This document shows positions 47,487 to 57,577 of a stretch of 64,000 bases of DNA, in pieces (the stretch's first letter is position 1; the number at the start of each line of letters is the position of its first letter). The notes under the pieces are model-generated. The model had not been told where the DNA came from and searched no databases. It saw nothing but the letters and a program-made list of their open reading frames with translations. Source of the stretch: an uncultured Zetaproteobacteria bacterium (GTDB lineage Bacteria; Pseudomonadota; Zetaproteobacteria; Mariprofundales; Mariprofundaceae); NCBI GenBank assembly GCA_964624255.1, contig CAZUWV010000001.1:11666-75665 (forward strand), in the 5' to 3' direction. A program made the translations under genes and the position numbers.

Positions 47487-48272
47487 CTATGGGGCGGCGG
47501 GCAGGGCGACAACGGCCAAATGGCGGCCTGCCCGTTTGCCATCACGGCGCCAGGAATAAAAACGTTTTTCATCGCAACAGGTACACATCGGGATATGTTC
47601 AATATGCGCTTGCGGGATACCCGCATATCGTAATTGTTGTGCGTTGATACCCGCCAGGTCCGCATGCGCCCTGTCGTTTATCCGCGCCATGTTGTTCGCA
47701 TGGTGGATAAACCGATGGGCATCACTACAGCCTTGGGCAAGGCGGTTCACCATCGAGGCCTTGATTTCAAAGCAACAGGGACCGATACATGGCCCGATTG
47801 AGGCAAAAATTTGCTTCGGTCTCGCGCCATATTGCTGCATGGCAGCGATAGCGCGGGTAACAACCTGTGCGGCTGTCCCCCGCCAGCCAGCGTGTACGGC
47901 GGCTGTGATGCCTGCCGCCGGGGCGGCCAGAAGAACGGGGACACAGTCCGCTACGCACACAGCTACGCTCGCGCCATCCATGCCAATGAGGATATCAGCT
48001 TGCTCCTGATGTGGAACAACACCCTGGCCCCGGCAGACCAGAACGTCCTCGCTATGGACCTGTTTTGCTCTGTGCGGCATGCCGGGGAGCTTAGCTTTCT
48101 GAATTAGAGTCTCAATATTGTACGCTGTATTTTCCTCATCATCACCCAGGCCAAAACCAAGATTCAGGCTGTCGAAGGGAGGAGGGCTTACGCCACCATG
48201 ACGCAGGCTGAAGATTGCGGCGGCACCATGTGCAGCCAACAACTCAGAATGTAAAAAGCATGTATCAGTCAT
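47487..48272 (-). CDS. pgeF: peptidoglycan editing factor / polyphenol oxidase-like YfiH family protein
   Basis: 261 aa with DUF152 motifs (QVHS, ADCVPVL, HAGWRG, CTCC). It lies downstream of rluD as in E. coli. Confidence 0.85.
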   Translation of the reverse strand: MTDTCFLHSELLAAHGAAAIFSLRHGGVSPPPFDSLNLGFGLGDDEENTAYNIETLIQKAKLPGMPHRAKQVHSEDVLVCRGQGVVPHQEQADILIGMDGASVAVCVADCVPVLLAAPAAGITAAVHAGWRGTAAQVVTRAIAAMQQYGARPKQIFASIGPCIGPCCFEIKASMVNRLAQGCSDAHRFIHHANNMARINDRAHADLAGINAQQLRYAGIPQAHIEHIPMCTCCDEKRFYSWRRDGKRAGRHLAVVALPAAP

Positions 48273-49227
48273 AAGCCTGATCCAGGGCGGTGGATAAGGC
48301 TTTTAGGTCTGCGGGGAAGGGCGCGGCGCAACGGACTGGTTTCTTCGTAACGGGGTGAATAAATCGTAGGATTTCGGCATGCAAGGCCTGCCGGTGTAAT
48401 TCTCCAAGGGCTACGCAAACGGGCCCAGGGACATCGCGTGACGGATGATAGCTTCTTCCATAGATTATATCTCCGAGGATAGGGTGGCCGAGGTGGCTTA
48501 AATGAACGCGAATCTGATGCGTGCGACCCGTATACAGGGCCAGCCGAATGCGACAAAAATGTTTGTCGTAGCGCCGCTCGACCGTGGCCTCCGTGATGGC
48601 GATCCTACCATCACTGCGGACGCCCATTTTCTTACGGTGTCGGGGATGCCTGCCAATCGGCTCGTCAATGCGGCGCACACACCATGTGGGATTACCCCGA
48701 CACCATGCGACATATTGGCGATCCAGATCATGAATGGAAAACATATCCGTCAGACTTCGGTGGGTTTCTTCCGTCTTGGCGACGACTAGGCTACCGGATG
48801 TATCCTTGTCCAGACGATGCACAATACCTGGGCGCTCCACGCCATTGATGCCCGGAAGGTTAGAACAATGGAATAACAGAGCATTTACCAGCGTTCCGCT
48901 ATCATGGCCATGGCTGGGGTGGACGACCATGCCCGCTGGCTTGTTAACGACCAGCAGGTGTTCATCTTCAAATAGAATATCCAGGGGAATGTCTTCAGGG
49001 GCCATATCCAGCGGCACCAGCTTCGGCAAATAGACTGTGAATATCTGCCCGGCCTTAACCTTGGCGGATGTCCTGGACATGACCTCGCCAGCCGCATGGA
49101 CGGCGCGGTCATGGATCAACGTCTGGATATGATTGCGAGACAAGCCGGTCAGCGCGGCCAACACTTGGTCGAGGCGCTGGTCAACATGGGTCTCGTCAAT
49201 GACGACCGACAGTCTTTGCTTGTCCAA
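48265..49227 (-). CDS. rluD: 23S rRNA pseudouridine synthase D
   Basis: 320 aa with an S4 domain N-terminus and the RluA-family catalytic motif HRLDKDTSG. It overlaps the pgeF start. Confidence 0.9.
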   Translation of the reverse strand: MDKQRLSVVIDETHVDQRLDQVLAALTGLSRNHIQTLIHDRAVHAAGEVMSRTSAKVKAGQIFTVYLPKLVPLDMAPEDIPLDILFEDEHLLVVNKPAGMVVHPSHGHDSGTLVNALLFHCSNLPGINGVERPGIVHRLDKDTSGSLVVAKTEETHRSLTDMFSIHDLDRQYVAWCRGNPTWCVRRIDEPIGRHPRHRKKMGVRSDGRIAITEATVERRYDKHFCRIRLALYTGRTHQIRVHLSHLGHPILGDIIYGRSYHPSRDVPGPVCVALGELHRQALHAEILRFIHPVTKKPVRCAAPFPADLKALSTALDQAYD

Positions 49228-49248
49228 AGTCCGGTAGGTACGGAGCCG

Positions 49249-49290
49249 CTAGTCTGAGTTATTCATGATTGTCATGAAAGGTTCACGTAG
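49249..49290. repeat. degenerate collapsed family-A-type element between the rne stop and the rluD start
   Basis: C-TA-GTCTGAGTTATTCATGA ttg TCATGAAAGGTTCACG-TA-G. The left arm resembles the A terminal repeat, and C-TA...TA-G flanks are present. Confidence 0.45.
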
Positions 49291-49298
49291 CAGATTTC

Positions 49299-51407
49299 TC
49301 ATACGTCTGATGGACTCCCGGACGCCGGTTTCGGGCTATCCCCATTGTCGGTATTCTGAGGCCGGGTCTGTTTCTGGTCGCCCCCACTATCGGCGCTCCG
49401 AAGCTGGGTCTGTTGCTGATTCTGTTCCGCAGGTTTTCGCGGCGGCCGTCGTCTTCGTCGCCGCCTCCGCACACCCCCATTGCTATCATTCCCCCTCGTT
49501 TCCTGCGGACTCGTCACCGCGGCATTCTGCTCCTGGCGTTCTGGCGTGGGGCTAGCCTCGGTTCCCTTGTTTTGTTTTTGGTCTTGACCAGACGTGGTGG
49601 CCTTCGGGCGTCTTCCGCCGCGGACACCTCTCCGTCGCTGGGTACCTCTCCGTTGCGCATTGCGCGCTGCCTCTTCTTTCTTTTCCTCTTTCTCGCGGCG
49701 TTCTTCCTCTTCCTGCTGCTTCCTTCTGGTAACGCCTCCGAACAGTACATCGCCCAGCTTGTTCAACAGACTTCTTTTCTTTTTATCAGTGGTCTTCGTT
49801 TCTTCTTTATCTTCAGTCGTTGGGATACCGACGATAGGCGTGGTCGGTTTAAGCTTGCGGCCTGTTCGTGCGGGTTTCTTGCCCTTCAGGGTATCCTCAA
49901 GTACTTCAATGCGTTGCTGGCTTTCATCCATCCAGTGACGCTCGATCCGGTAATGTGGAATCTCAATATCCGGTCGGATCTGCAAATTGATTTGTATGGC
50001 ATAATTTTCTTCAATGCGGGCGATATACTGACGCTTGTTATTCATCAGGTATTCGCCAGTTTCCTTTGGCACCTGTACCAGCAACGTCGGTTTTTTACCC
50101 GCTTCAGCATGGTCCTCCATGCGCGTCAGCATCTGCAACGCCATGGATTCCACGATTCTTACCCTACCCCGGCCCATACATCGCGGGCAGGTTTCCGTTG
50201 TGGATTCGCGGATCGACGGGCGTAATCGCTGTCGTGACATTTCCAGCAGGCCGAAGCGGGAAATACGTGCGAACTGTACGCGAGCTTTGTCAGGTTTACA
50301 GCAGTCTCGCAATTCTTCTTCAACCTGCTGGCCGTGCTTTCGGCTGGACATATCGATAAAATCAATGACGATCAGGCCACCAATATCCCGAATACGAAGT
50401 TGCCTGGCAATCTCGCGAGCCGCTTCCATATTGGTATCCAGGGCTGTGTCATCAATGTGTTTTTTTCCCGTGGATCGGGAGGAGTTAACGTCGATGGATG
50501 TCAGTGCCTCGGTAGGGTCGAATACAATGGACCCGCCTGAGGGTAAACGAATCGATCGGTCATGAATCTCCTCGCACTGATCTTCGATACCATAGTGCCG
50601 GAACAGTGGCTTTTTCCCACGATAGAGCTTAACCAGCTTTTCCTTGCCGGGGAGTACGGCATGTACGAAGAGTTTGGTACGCTGATAGACGTCATGCTGG
50701 TCCACCCATATCTCCTGAATATCATCCGTGAAATGGTCGCGGATAGCGCGCGTGGCCAGATCACCCTCCAGATAAATCAACGAAGGGGAAGGAGCGTTCT
50801 CACTTTTGATGCGAATCTCGTCCCAGAGACGTTGCAGGTAGGAAAAATCACGTTGCAGCGCCTCCAGCTTCTGGTCCTTGCCTGCCGTGCGTACGATCAG
50901 CCCCATATCTTCAGGGACATCCAACTCTGCCAGAATGGCCTTGATAGCGCGCCGATCTTCCTCTTTCAACTTACGCGAAATCCCCACGCGCGAGGTGTTC
51001 GGACTGAGGACCAGGTAACGCCCGGCCAGCGATATGTAGGTAGTGAGAGCCGCGCCCTTGTTACCTCGCTCTTCCTTGACGACTTGCACCAGAACGGATT
51101 GTTTGGGTGCCAGAATGTCCTGAATATTGATCTTGCGCGCGTCGGCGGTCTTATCGGACCCTTCTTTCCAGTAATCCTGGTGAATATCGTGCAGGGGAAG
51201 AAAGCCCTGGCGGCCGGCCCCGTATTCTACAAAAGCAGCCTGAAGACTGGCCTCCACCTTGCTGACCGTTCCCTTGTATATATTGCTTTTGGTCTGGACC
51301 TTATGTGCGGACTCAATGTCCAGTTCTTGTAGATATTGATCATCAATGATGCTGACCCGGCTTTGTTCCGGGTGTACGGCATTGATGAGCATGAGCTTCT
51401 TTTTCAT
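49299..51407 (-). CDS. rne: ribonuclease E (short C-terminal scaffold)
   Basis: 702 aa. The N-terminus MLINAVHPEQSRVSIIDDQYLQELDIE..NIYKGTVSKVEASLQAAFVEYG covers the S1 and catalytic domains. The tail is Arg/Glu/Gln-rich. It is divergent from rluC as in E. coli. Confidence 0.9.
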   Translation of the reverse strand: MKKKLMLINAVHPEQSRVSIIDDQYLQELDIESAHKVQTKSNIYKGTVSKVEASLQAAFVEYGAGRQGFLPLHDIHQDYWKEGSDKTADARKINIQDILAPKQSVLVQVVKEERGNKGAALTTYISLAGRYLVLSPNTSRVGISRKLKEEDRRAIKAILAELDVPEDMGLIVRTAGKDQKLEALQRDFSYLQRLWDEIRIKSENAPSPSLIYLEGDLATRAIRDHFTDDIQEIWVDQHDVYQRTKLFVHAVLPGKEKLVKLYRGKKPLFRHYGIEDQCEEIHDRSIRLPSGGSIVFDPTEALTSIDVNSSRSTGKKHIDDTALDTNMEAAREIARQLRIRDIGGLIVIDFIDMSSRKHGQQVEEELRDCCKPDKARVQFARISRFGLLEMSRQRLRPSIRESTTETCPRCMGRGRVRIVESMALQMLTRMEDHAEAGKKPTLLVQVPKETGEYLMNNKRQYIARIEENYAIQINLQIRPDIEIPHYRIERHWMDESQQRIEVLEDTLKGKKPARTGRKLKPTTPIVGIPTTEDKEETKTTDKKKRSLLNKLGDVLFGGVTRRKQQEEEERREKEEKKEEAARNAQRRGTQRRRGVRGGRRPKATTSGQDQKQNKGTEASPTPERQEQNAAVTSPQETRGNDSNGGVRRRRRRRRPPRKPAEQNQQQTQLRSADSGGDQKQTRPQNTDNGDSPKPASGSPSDV

Positions 51408-51810
51408 GCTGCATCCTTACGCCGTCTGAAGAATATGCCTGGACAACCCGCTCACGACCACACAAGTGGCACGCATTCCCTTCCCCTTTATGCTCTACAT
51501 CCGTCAGGAACCCTTTAATCTCTTGCCCTGATCAGATACGAACCTTCAGACGGTCTCGTTTTATTTGCAGGCTCAACGCGAGGTAGATATACGGCGAGGC
51601 TTCCGCCACGGCCCATTTACATGAACCGTACTACCGAATATCGGGTTAAATATCCACCGTAGTCTGTACTTCTCCTGCCCGTTAGCTTAACGCGGCTCGC
51701 GGCTTATATATCGCAGTTACATGATATTTGCGCAGGCTTAATATATCGTTTGCGTCAACAAAGGCCGCGATGGATGCGTACCATGGGCGAACGCGGAGCT
51801 ACTGCTGACC
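51408..51810 (-). promoter_or_regulatory. long rne upstream leader / rne-rluC divergent control region
   Basis: About 400 nt with no convincing ORF. A 10-bp long-range inverted repeat is present: CCGTCTGAAG (51422-51431) and CTTCAGACGG (51544-51553). E. coli rne carries a long autoregulatory 5' UTR in the same divergent arrangement. Confidence 0.4.
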
Positions 51811-52821
51811 ATGAAAGCTAATGTAAAGGGAGGGGTCTTGGCAAGGGAAAAGGGAGGTGACAGCCGAATTGTTGTGGATGCAGAGGAGGCAGAGGGCCGC
51901 CTGGACCGGATACTGTTGCGGCGGAAAGATGCGTCTCTCCGTCCCCTGGTTATGCGTTTGATTCGCCGCGGTAACGTGCGCGTGAACGGTAAACGCGCCA
52001 GGCCCGATACCCGTTTATTCCAGGGTGACGAAATTTTTTTGCCGGCCAGTTTACGCCAGACCGTCATGGAAGAAATTGTCGGGCCGCGTCCGATGTTTCC
52101 GCATATGCCCGCCGCCATACGGGGCGTAACTATTTTATTCGAGGATACAGATGTTTTGGTGATCGACAAACCTGCGGGAGTTGTGGTCCATGGCGGAAGT
52201 GGTCATGACTCAGGCGTGATCGAGTATTTGCGCGACGCCATGCAATTACGGGAGTTGCGTTTGGCGCACCGGCTGGACCGGGGTACCAGCGGATGTCTGC
52301 TGATGGCTAAACGACTATCCGTATTGCGCGCGCTGGCCACGGCATTCCGGGAGCGCCGCGCACATAAGACCTACCTGGCATGGGTGGCTGGCCATCCGTA
52401 CCCATATGCAGGCCGTATGCAGTCCACCCTGGCTAAAAGCGTATTGCCGGGCGGCGAGCGTGTGGTGGTCCAGGGGAGAGGCGGGAAAGAGGCCGCGACT
52501 GATTATCAGGTAAGCCTGCTCGCGGAATACAATGGCCGGCCGCTCGCGCTGTTGGCGCTATTTCCTGAGAGTGGACGCACCCACCAGTTGCGGGTGCAAT
52601 TGCAGGCGGAAGGACACGCTATCCTTGGTGATGGAAAATATGGGTTACGCGAGGATAATAATCATTACCGTGGTATGGGTGGCAAAGGCATGGCATTGCA
52701 TGCCTGGAGGTTGAGATTCGAGCATCCGGCACAGCAACGGATCATCGAGGTGCGTGCGCCCTGGCCAGCCAGGTGGAAGAATGTTTCCCGAGTCAGAAAT
52801 ACTGAATTTCGGGGAGATTGA
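51811..52821 (+). CDS. rluC: 23S rRNA pseudouridine synthase C
   Basis: 336 aa with an S4-like segment (RLDRILL..IRRGNVRVNG) and the catalytic motif HRLDRGTSG. It shows rne-divergent synteny. Confidence 0.85.
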   Translation: MKANVKGGVLAREKGGDSRIVVDAEEAEGRLDRILLRRKDASLRPLVMRLIRRGNVRVNGKRARPDTRLFQGDEIFLPASLRQTVMEEIVGPRPMFPHMPAAIRGVTILFEDTDVLVIDKPAGVVVHGGSGHDSGVIEYLRDAMQLRELRLAHRLDRGTSGCLLMAKRLSVLRALATAFRERRAHKTYLAWVAGHPYPYAGRMQSTLAKSVLPGGERVVVQGRGGKEAATDYQVSLLAEYNGRPLALLALFPESGRTHQLRVQLQAEGHAILGDGKYGLREDNNHYRGMGGKGMALHAWRLRFEHPAQQRIIEVRAPWPARWKNVSRVRNTEFRGD

Positions 52822-53398
52822 TGCCCGTTTGCGTCATGAGCTGGAATAGAAGAATCGCCAATAACAACAGGGAGATTCCCATAATTATAAAGGATGCAAG
52901 AATAATCAGCAGTGCCGATCCACCGCCGATTCTGGCATGTGATACCAGCCCCTGCCAATTCAGATACAAGCTCCACATGGTGGCGATAACGCCGGCGAAT
53001 GGAATAATTGAGAATATGGAGGGAGCTGCGCCATAGGCGCAAATCTGGAAGGCATCGACAGTTGTTAATGATGACTTGCAAAATGTGCGGGCGGCCCAGC
53101 CCAGGTACCATGCCCATGACCAGGTCCCCGCGACGCCAAACAATAGAAATATAGGAAGGATGAAGATAATGGTGATAATGCCGGAGAAAATGCTGGCGGC
53201 AAGCGCCGGGATGAGGAGATAGATGACAAGCAGGATCGCGGAGTTTTTATAATCCAGTGCCGTTGGCATATTTTCGAAGCACGGGGTGGGCGAAGTCATG
53301 GTTGCCCTGAACGATGGCAGAAGGGTTTCACCGATACGCTCACTGGAAAAATAAGATTGCTCGTCTTTCATGGCTCCCTCTTGAAGAGCCCAATCCAA
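52793..53398 (-). CDS. Yip1-domain-like integral membrane protein
   Basis: 201 aa with about five hydrophobic segments after a short soluble N-terminus. The family call rests on general resemblance only. Its 3' end overlaps the rluC 3' end (convergent). Confidence 0.5.
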   Translation of the reverse strand: MDWALQEGAMKDEQSYFSSERIGETLLPSFRATMTSPTPCFENMPTALDYKNSAILLVIYLLIPALAASIFSGIITIIFILPIFLLFGVAGTWSWAWYLGWAARTFCKSSLTTVDAFQICAYGAAPSIFSIIPFAGVIATMWSLYLNWQGLVSHARIGGGSALLIILASFIIMGISLLLLAILLFQLMTQTGINLPEIQYF

Positions 53399-53462
53399 GT
53401 CTATCCGACACTTTTGCGCAAGCTATTGTGTAAGATCAAGTGTTCCGTCTATACTTAGGAAC

Positions 53463-53867
53463 ATGAGCCGATACCTTTTTCCCCTCCTTGTATCCTTGGC
53501 ATACATGCCTGTTTCCATCGCTGTGGCGGCAGACCGGAATGCGGCATTGCCACCGCCAACGAAGGTACAGAATACGCCCGAGGCAAAAGAAACGGTGCAG
53601 CCACCCGGTAACGGAAATGCTTTGGGCAAACAATTTCTGACTCCTGATGGCAAACACGCGCAGGTTCGTATACTTAAACATAAAGACGGGGCGACGGTGG
53701 AAGAATACTTTCGGCACGGGCGTATGTATAAAATCAAGGTTAGCCCTGCTGCGGGTACGCCTCCCTATTATCTTTATGATCGGAATGGTGACGGTAGTTT
53801 TGAGCGGCAGATGCCGGGAGGCTATAAATATGAGAGTCCGCCCGAGTGGGTGATTAAGCGCTTCTGA
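53463..53867 (+). CDS. small secreted protein, DUF2782-like
   Basis: 134 aa with the signal peptide MSRYLFPLLVSLAYMPVSIAVAA. The core VEEYFRHGRMYKIKVSP..PPYYLYDRNGDG resembles what I recall of DUF2782 proteins. Confidence 0.55.
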   Translation: MSRYLFPLLVSLAYMPVSIAVAADRNAALPPPTKVQNTPEAKETVQPPGNGNALGKQFLTPDGKHAQVRILKHKDGATVEEYFRHGRMYKIKVSPAAGTPPYYLYDRNGDGSFERQMPGGYKYESPPEWVIKRF

Positions 53868-53892
53868 AGGTTCGGTAGGCTCCTAGCCTGTA

Positions 53893-54522
53893 TTGTTTAC
53901 AAATACTGCCGCCCCATTGCCAGTTCCTGAACTCATTCTGATTACAGACTCGTCGCGCATGAAGCGTGACCGGTTTCTTGCGACCGTGGATGCAGCCCTG
54001 TGCGGTGGCGTGGACGCTGTGCTGGTACGCGAGAAGCGGATGGATAGTGCGCAGCTGCTAGCTTTCTGCTCGCGGCTAAGGGCCGTGACGATGGCGCGCC
54101 ATGCGTCGTTGATTGTACATAGTCAGGCCGATGTGGCGCGGGCCGTGGCGGCGGATGGTGTACATGTAGCCGCCGCAGATATGGCGGAGATCCCTGCGAT
54201 GCGTGCATGGTTGAAGCATGCGGAAATGGCTATCTCGGTCTCATGTCATGGTATCGAAGATCTGGAACAGGCGGCGCATTATGGAGCGGATTTTGCGCTG
54301 TTGTCACCGGTGTTTTCCACATCAAGTCATCCACAGGCGTCGCCGCTTGGTGTGAACCGATTCATACGGATTGCAGGGGATGCAGTCCTGCCCGTTGTTG
54401 CCCTGGGCGGCATTACGCTGGAAAACCGGGGAGCACTCGCTTGCCGGAGTGTGGCGGTGATTAGCGCCCTTCTGGATGCGAGCGATGCGGAGCTGGCCGC
54501 TCGTTGTCTTTTAAGGGCATGA
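53893..54522 (+). CDS. thiE: thiamine-phosphate synthase
   Basis: 209 aa. The sequence LILITD..GVDAVLVREK..ALGGIT is the typical ThiE/TenI pattern. The start is inferred as a non-ATG (TTG) codon. Confidence 0.75.
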   Translation: MFTNTAAPLPVPELILITDSSRMKRDRFLATVDAALCGGVDAVLVREKRMDSAQLLAFCSRLRAVTMARHASLIVHSQADVARAVAADGVHVAAADMAEIPAMRAWLKHAEMAISVSCHGIEDLEQAAHYGADFALLSPVFSTSSHPQASPLGVNRFIRIAGDAVLPVVALGGITLENRGALACRSVAVISALLDASDAELAARCLLRA

Positions 54523-55245
54523 ATTTGTCAGGGTTTTGAGCATCATTTGTACTCTTTTTTGCGCTTCGCCAAGTTGTACGGTGTGACGCCCACTCAGACA
54601 TATCTTTCCCTGCGGATATTGTCCACAATAATGGGGGTAGGAGCCGATCTCAATTTCGGGAAATTGCCGCTGAATTTCCTCTAGCTGCAGCGCAAAGCTG
54701 CTTTCCAGCAAGGTAACCTCTATTTCCCGTCGCTCAAATCCTTGTCCGCCAAAATTATCCATGATCGTATCCAGTTGCGAGGTGAAGATGTCCGGTACCC
54801 CTGCCAGTACATACACGTTGTCGATGCGTGCTCCCGGCGCAATTGTCTTCTCGCAGCGGATGAGTTTAGCACCCTTCGGTACGCGACTCATACGTCGGCG
54901 CCCGGCATTCAGCCCATCTTTTCCGTAGCGCTCAGTCATGGCACGCACGATATAACGATGTTCTTTCAGGGGGACACCAAAGGCTCTGGCGACAGCCCCC
55001 ATCGTGATGTCATCGTGTGTCGGGCCAATGCCACCACTGGTAATCACCGCATCGAAACCAGCCCGCAGACGGTCCAGCGTGGAAACGATGCACGCCTCCA
55101 CGTCCGGCACGACGGCAATTTCAGCCAGCCTACAGCCGCGCCCGAAGAGTTGTTTTGCCACCAGCCAGCCATTGGTGTCGCGCGTGCGGCCGGAAAGTAT
55201 CTCGTTGCCAATAATTAGCATGGCGGCACTCTGATGCTTGTTCAT
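54511..55245 (-). CDS. CinA-like molybdopterin-binding (MoCF_BD) domain protein
   Basis: 244 aa. The sequence MLIIGNEILSGRTRDTNG..ITSGGIGPTHDDIT is typical of CinA N-terminal / MoaB-like domains. Confidence 0.75.
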   Translation of the reverse strand: MNKHQSAAMLIIGNEILSGRTRDTNGWLVAKQLFGRGCRLAEIAVVPDVEACIVSTLDRLRAGFDAVITSGGIGPTHDDITMGAVARAFGVPLKEHRYIVRAMTERYGKDGLNAGRRRMSRVPKGAKLIRCEKTIAPGARIDNVYVLAGVPDIFTSQLDTIMDNFGGQGFERREIEVTLLESSFALQLEEIQRQFPEIEIGSYPHYCGQYPQGKICLSGRHTVQLGEAQKRVQMMLKTLTNSCP

Positions 55246-55305
55246 CGCCTGCCATCATAGACGGATTATGCGTCGCCCGCTACGGTAATCGTATAGTATA
55301 TGTCG

Positions 55306-56373
55306 TTATTGCCGGTGATAGGCGATAGATTCTTCCTTCACTGACCGGATAAAGGCTCTGGCGTGTTCAACCGGTACATCGGGGGTAATACCATGCCCCA
55401 GATTGAATACATGGCCGTTGCCACGCCCAAATTTAGCCAGGATATCCTTCACCTCCACACGAATTCGATTCGGGTTGGCATACAGCATGGTTGGATCCAT
55501 ATTACCTTGCAGGGCCACCTCGTCTCCAACGCGCCGCCTGGCCGCGTCAATATCAATCGTCCAGTCCAGTCCAATCACATCGCAACCCGTTGCAGCAATC
55601 TCTTCCAGCCAGCCCATACCTCCCTTGGTATAGAGGATCACAGGCACGCGCCGTCCATCATGTTCACGGGCTAATTGCTCGACAATGCGCTGCATATATT
55701 GCAAAGAGAATTCCCTGTAGTCGCGGGTGGTCAGGATGCCGCCCCACGTATCAAAAATCTGTACGGCTTGTACGCCATTGGCGATTTGGGCATTAAGATA
55801 GGCCGCCACGGCATCAGCCAGCTTATTGAGCAACAGATGTAACGTATCCGGCTCGTTGAATGCCATCGCCTTGATGATCGAATAATTCTTCGAGCTACCG
55901 CCCTCGACCATATACGTTGCCAGCGTCCACGGACTACCGGCAAACCCAATCAGTGGCACACGGCTGGCAAGCTCCCGACGAATCAAACGGATCGTGGCCA
56001 TCACATAACCCAATCCATCTTCAGGGTCAGGGACAGGCAGCCTTTCGACATCGGCGCGGGTGCGGAGGGGTTGAGGAAACTTCGGACCTTCACCTGTGCC
56101 AAATGTCAGCTCCATACCCATGGCTTCGGGTACCACCAGGATGTCGGAAAACATGATGGTTGCATCGACGCCCACCAGGTCCACGGGCTGGATAGATACT
56201 TCACAAGCCAGCTCCGGCGTTTTACACAGATTCAGGAATCCGCCAGCGCGTTGCCGGGTAGCCCGATATTCCGGCAAATAACGTCCGGCCTGACGCATCA
56301 TCCATACCGGTGTGCGTTCTACGTCTTCACGCAAACATGCCCGCAAAAACAGGTCATTCTTCAGATCAGTCAT
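55306..56373 (-). CDS. hemE: uroporphyrinogen decarboxylase
   Basis: 355 aa with the motifs [15 protein letters not shown] and IQIFDTWGG. Confidence 0.95.
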   Translation of the reverse strand: MTDLKNDLFLRACLREDVERTPVWMMRQAGRYLPEYRATRQRAGGFLNLCKTPELACEVSIQPVDLVGVDATIMFSDILVVPEAMGMELTFGTGEGPKFPQPLRTRADVERLPVPDPEDGLGYVMATIRLIRRELASRVPLIGFAGSPWTLATYMVEGGSSKNYSIIKAMAFNEPDTLHLLLNKLADAVAAYLNAQIANGVQAVQIFDTWGGILTTRDYREFSLQYMQRIVEQLAREHDGRRVPVILYTKGGMGWLEEIAATGCDVIGLDWTIDIDAARRRVGDEVALQGNMDPTMLYANPNRIRVEVKDILAKFGRGNGHVFNLGHGITPDVPVEHARAFIRSVKEESIAYHRQ

Positions 56374-56388
56374 TTCAAATAATCCTTG

Positions 56389-57168
56389 TTAGTCCCAGAT
56401 ATAGCCTTCGGTGGGCGATGAAGCGCTGGCAAACGCCCGTTTTGGCATGCGTCCCGCCAGGTACGCCGCACGACCGGCGCGCACTGCGTCACGCATCGCC
56501 CGCGCCATCAGACATTCATCCCTGGCTTCGGCCATGGCGGTATTGATGAGTACGGCATCGACACCCAGCTCCATGGCTTTGGCTGCGTCACTTGCTGTAC
56601 CAATCCCGGCATCCACGATAATGGGTACATTGGCACGCTGCTTAATGATTCGGATATTGAACGGGTTGGCCAATCCCCTGCCGGATCCGATCGGATTACC
56701 CAGTGGCATCACGGCCACGCAGCCGATTTCTTCCAGACATCGTGCCACAATCGGATCGTCATTCGTATAGACCATGACCTGAAAATCATCCTCGACGAGG
56801 GTTTCCGCCGCCTTGATGGTTTCCACCACATTGGGGTACAGGGTTTCAGTGTCGCCCAACACTTCCAGTTTCACCAGATTCCAGCCGCCAGCCTCGCGCG
56901 CCAGCCTGAGGGTGCGCACCGCATCCTTCGCATTGAAGCAACCTGCAGTATTCGGCAAAATAACGTATTGATCCGGATCAATATAATCAAGCAGGTTCTC
57001 TCTGTCCGGATCAGTAATATTCACCCGACGCACCGCCACGGTAATCATTTCCGCTCCAGCCGCTTCCGTAGCCGCCTTCGTGGTTATAAAATCCTTGTAC
57101 TTACCAGAGCCCGCGATGAGTCGCGACCTGAATTCGTGGCTTCCGATTTTCAGTATATCTTCACGCAT
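56389..57168 (-). CDS. thiG: thiazole synthase
   Basis: 259 aa with the motifs [20 protein letters not shown] and [12 protein letters not shown]. Confidence 0.95.
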   Translation of the reverse strand: MREDILKIGSHEFRSRLIAGSGKYKDFITTKAATEAAGAEMITVAVRRVNITDPDRENLLDYIDPDQYVILPNTAGCFNAKDAVRTLRLAREAGGWNLVKLEVLGDTETLYPNVVETIKAAETLVEDDFQVMVYTNDDPIVARCLEEIGCVAVMPLGNPIGSGRGLANPFNIRIIKQRANVPIIVDAGIGTASDAAKAMELGVDAVLINTAMAEARDECLMARAMRDAVRAGRAAYLAGRMPKRAFASASSPTEGYIWD

Positions 57169-57202
57169 TTTCTTTTCCCCGTATCCTGATTAATCACCTG
57201 AG

Positions 57203-57238
57203 CTGATCGCCGCTCACGAGTTTTGCAATTGGCTCATC
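57203..57238. repeat. solo family-B terminal repeat in the thiS-thiG spacer
   Basis: CTGATCGCCGCTCACGAGTTTTGCAATTGGCTCAT matches the right terminal repeat of B2 and B3. No partner end is nearby. Confidence 0.65.
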
Positions 57239-57250
57239 TGTTGGCGGGGC

Positions 57251-57454
57251 TCAGCCACCGCCAATCATATGCACCAGCTCAATGCGGTCTCCCGGCTCCA
57301 GTCGGGTATCGGCATAAGCGCTCTTCGGCACGACCTCCAGATTCCTCTCAATGGCAATCATTCGACGGTCGATACCTAGTTCGCGAACCAGGCCGGCAAT
57401 ATTGGTCGCCGCAACTTGCCTCGGTTCTCCATTCAGACGAATCTCCAAATTCAA
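57251..57454 (-). CDS. thiS: sulfur carrier protein ThiS
   Basis: 67 aa with a ubiquitin-like fold pattern and a C-terminal GG(G). It has a TTG start and lies upstream of thiG. Confidence 0.8.
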   Translation of the reverse strand: MNLEIRLNGEPRQVAATNIAGLVRELGIDRRMIAIERNLEVVPKSAYADTRLEPGDRIELVHMIGGG

Positions 57455-57577
57455 GCCCTCGCGTTTTCCGTTTTTTTATACATAAACGAGCTGGCTTTGG
57501 CCAGTTTCGCTCCAATTCACGCCGTTTTTTCCAAATTCTGATTGACCGACTTTCCCTGATTGCGTAGCTTGAGGCTC

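Noticed and set aside
57455-57577. TPP riboswitch expected upstream of thiS.
   Set aside because: I could not find the conserved CUGAGA / ACCUGAUCUGGAUAAUGCCAGCG-like core on the thiS strand. I report this only as an absence to be verified with a covariance model.
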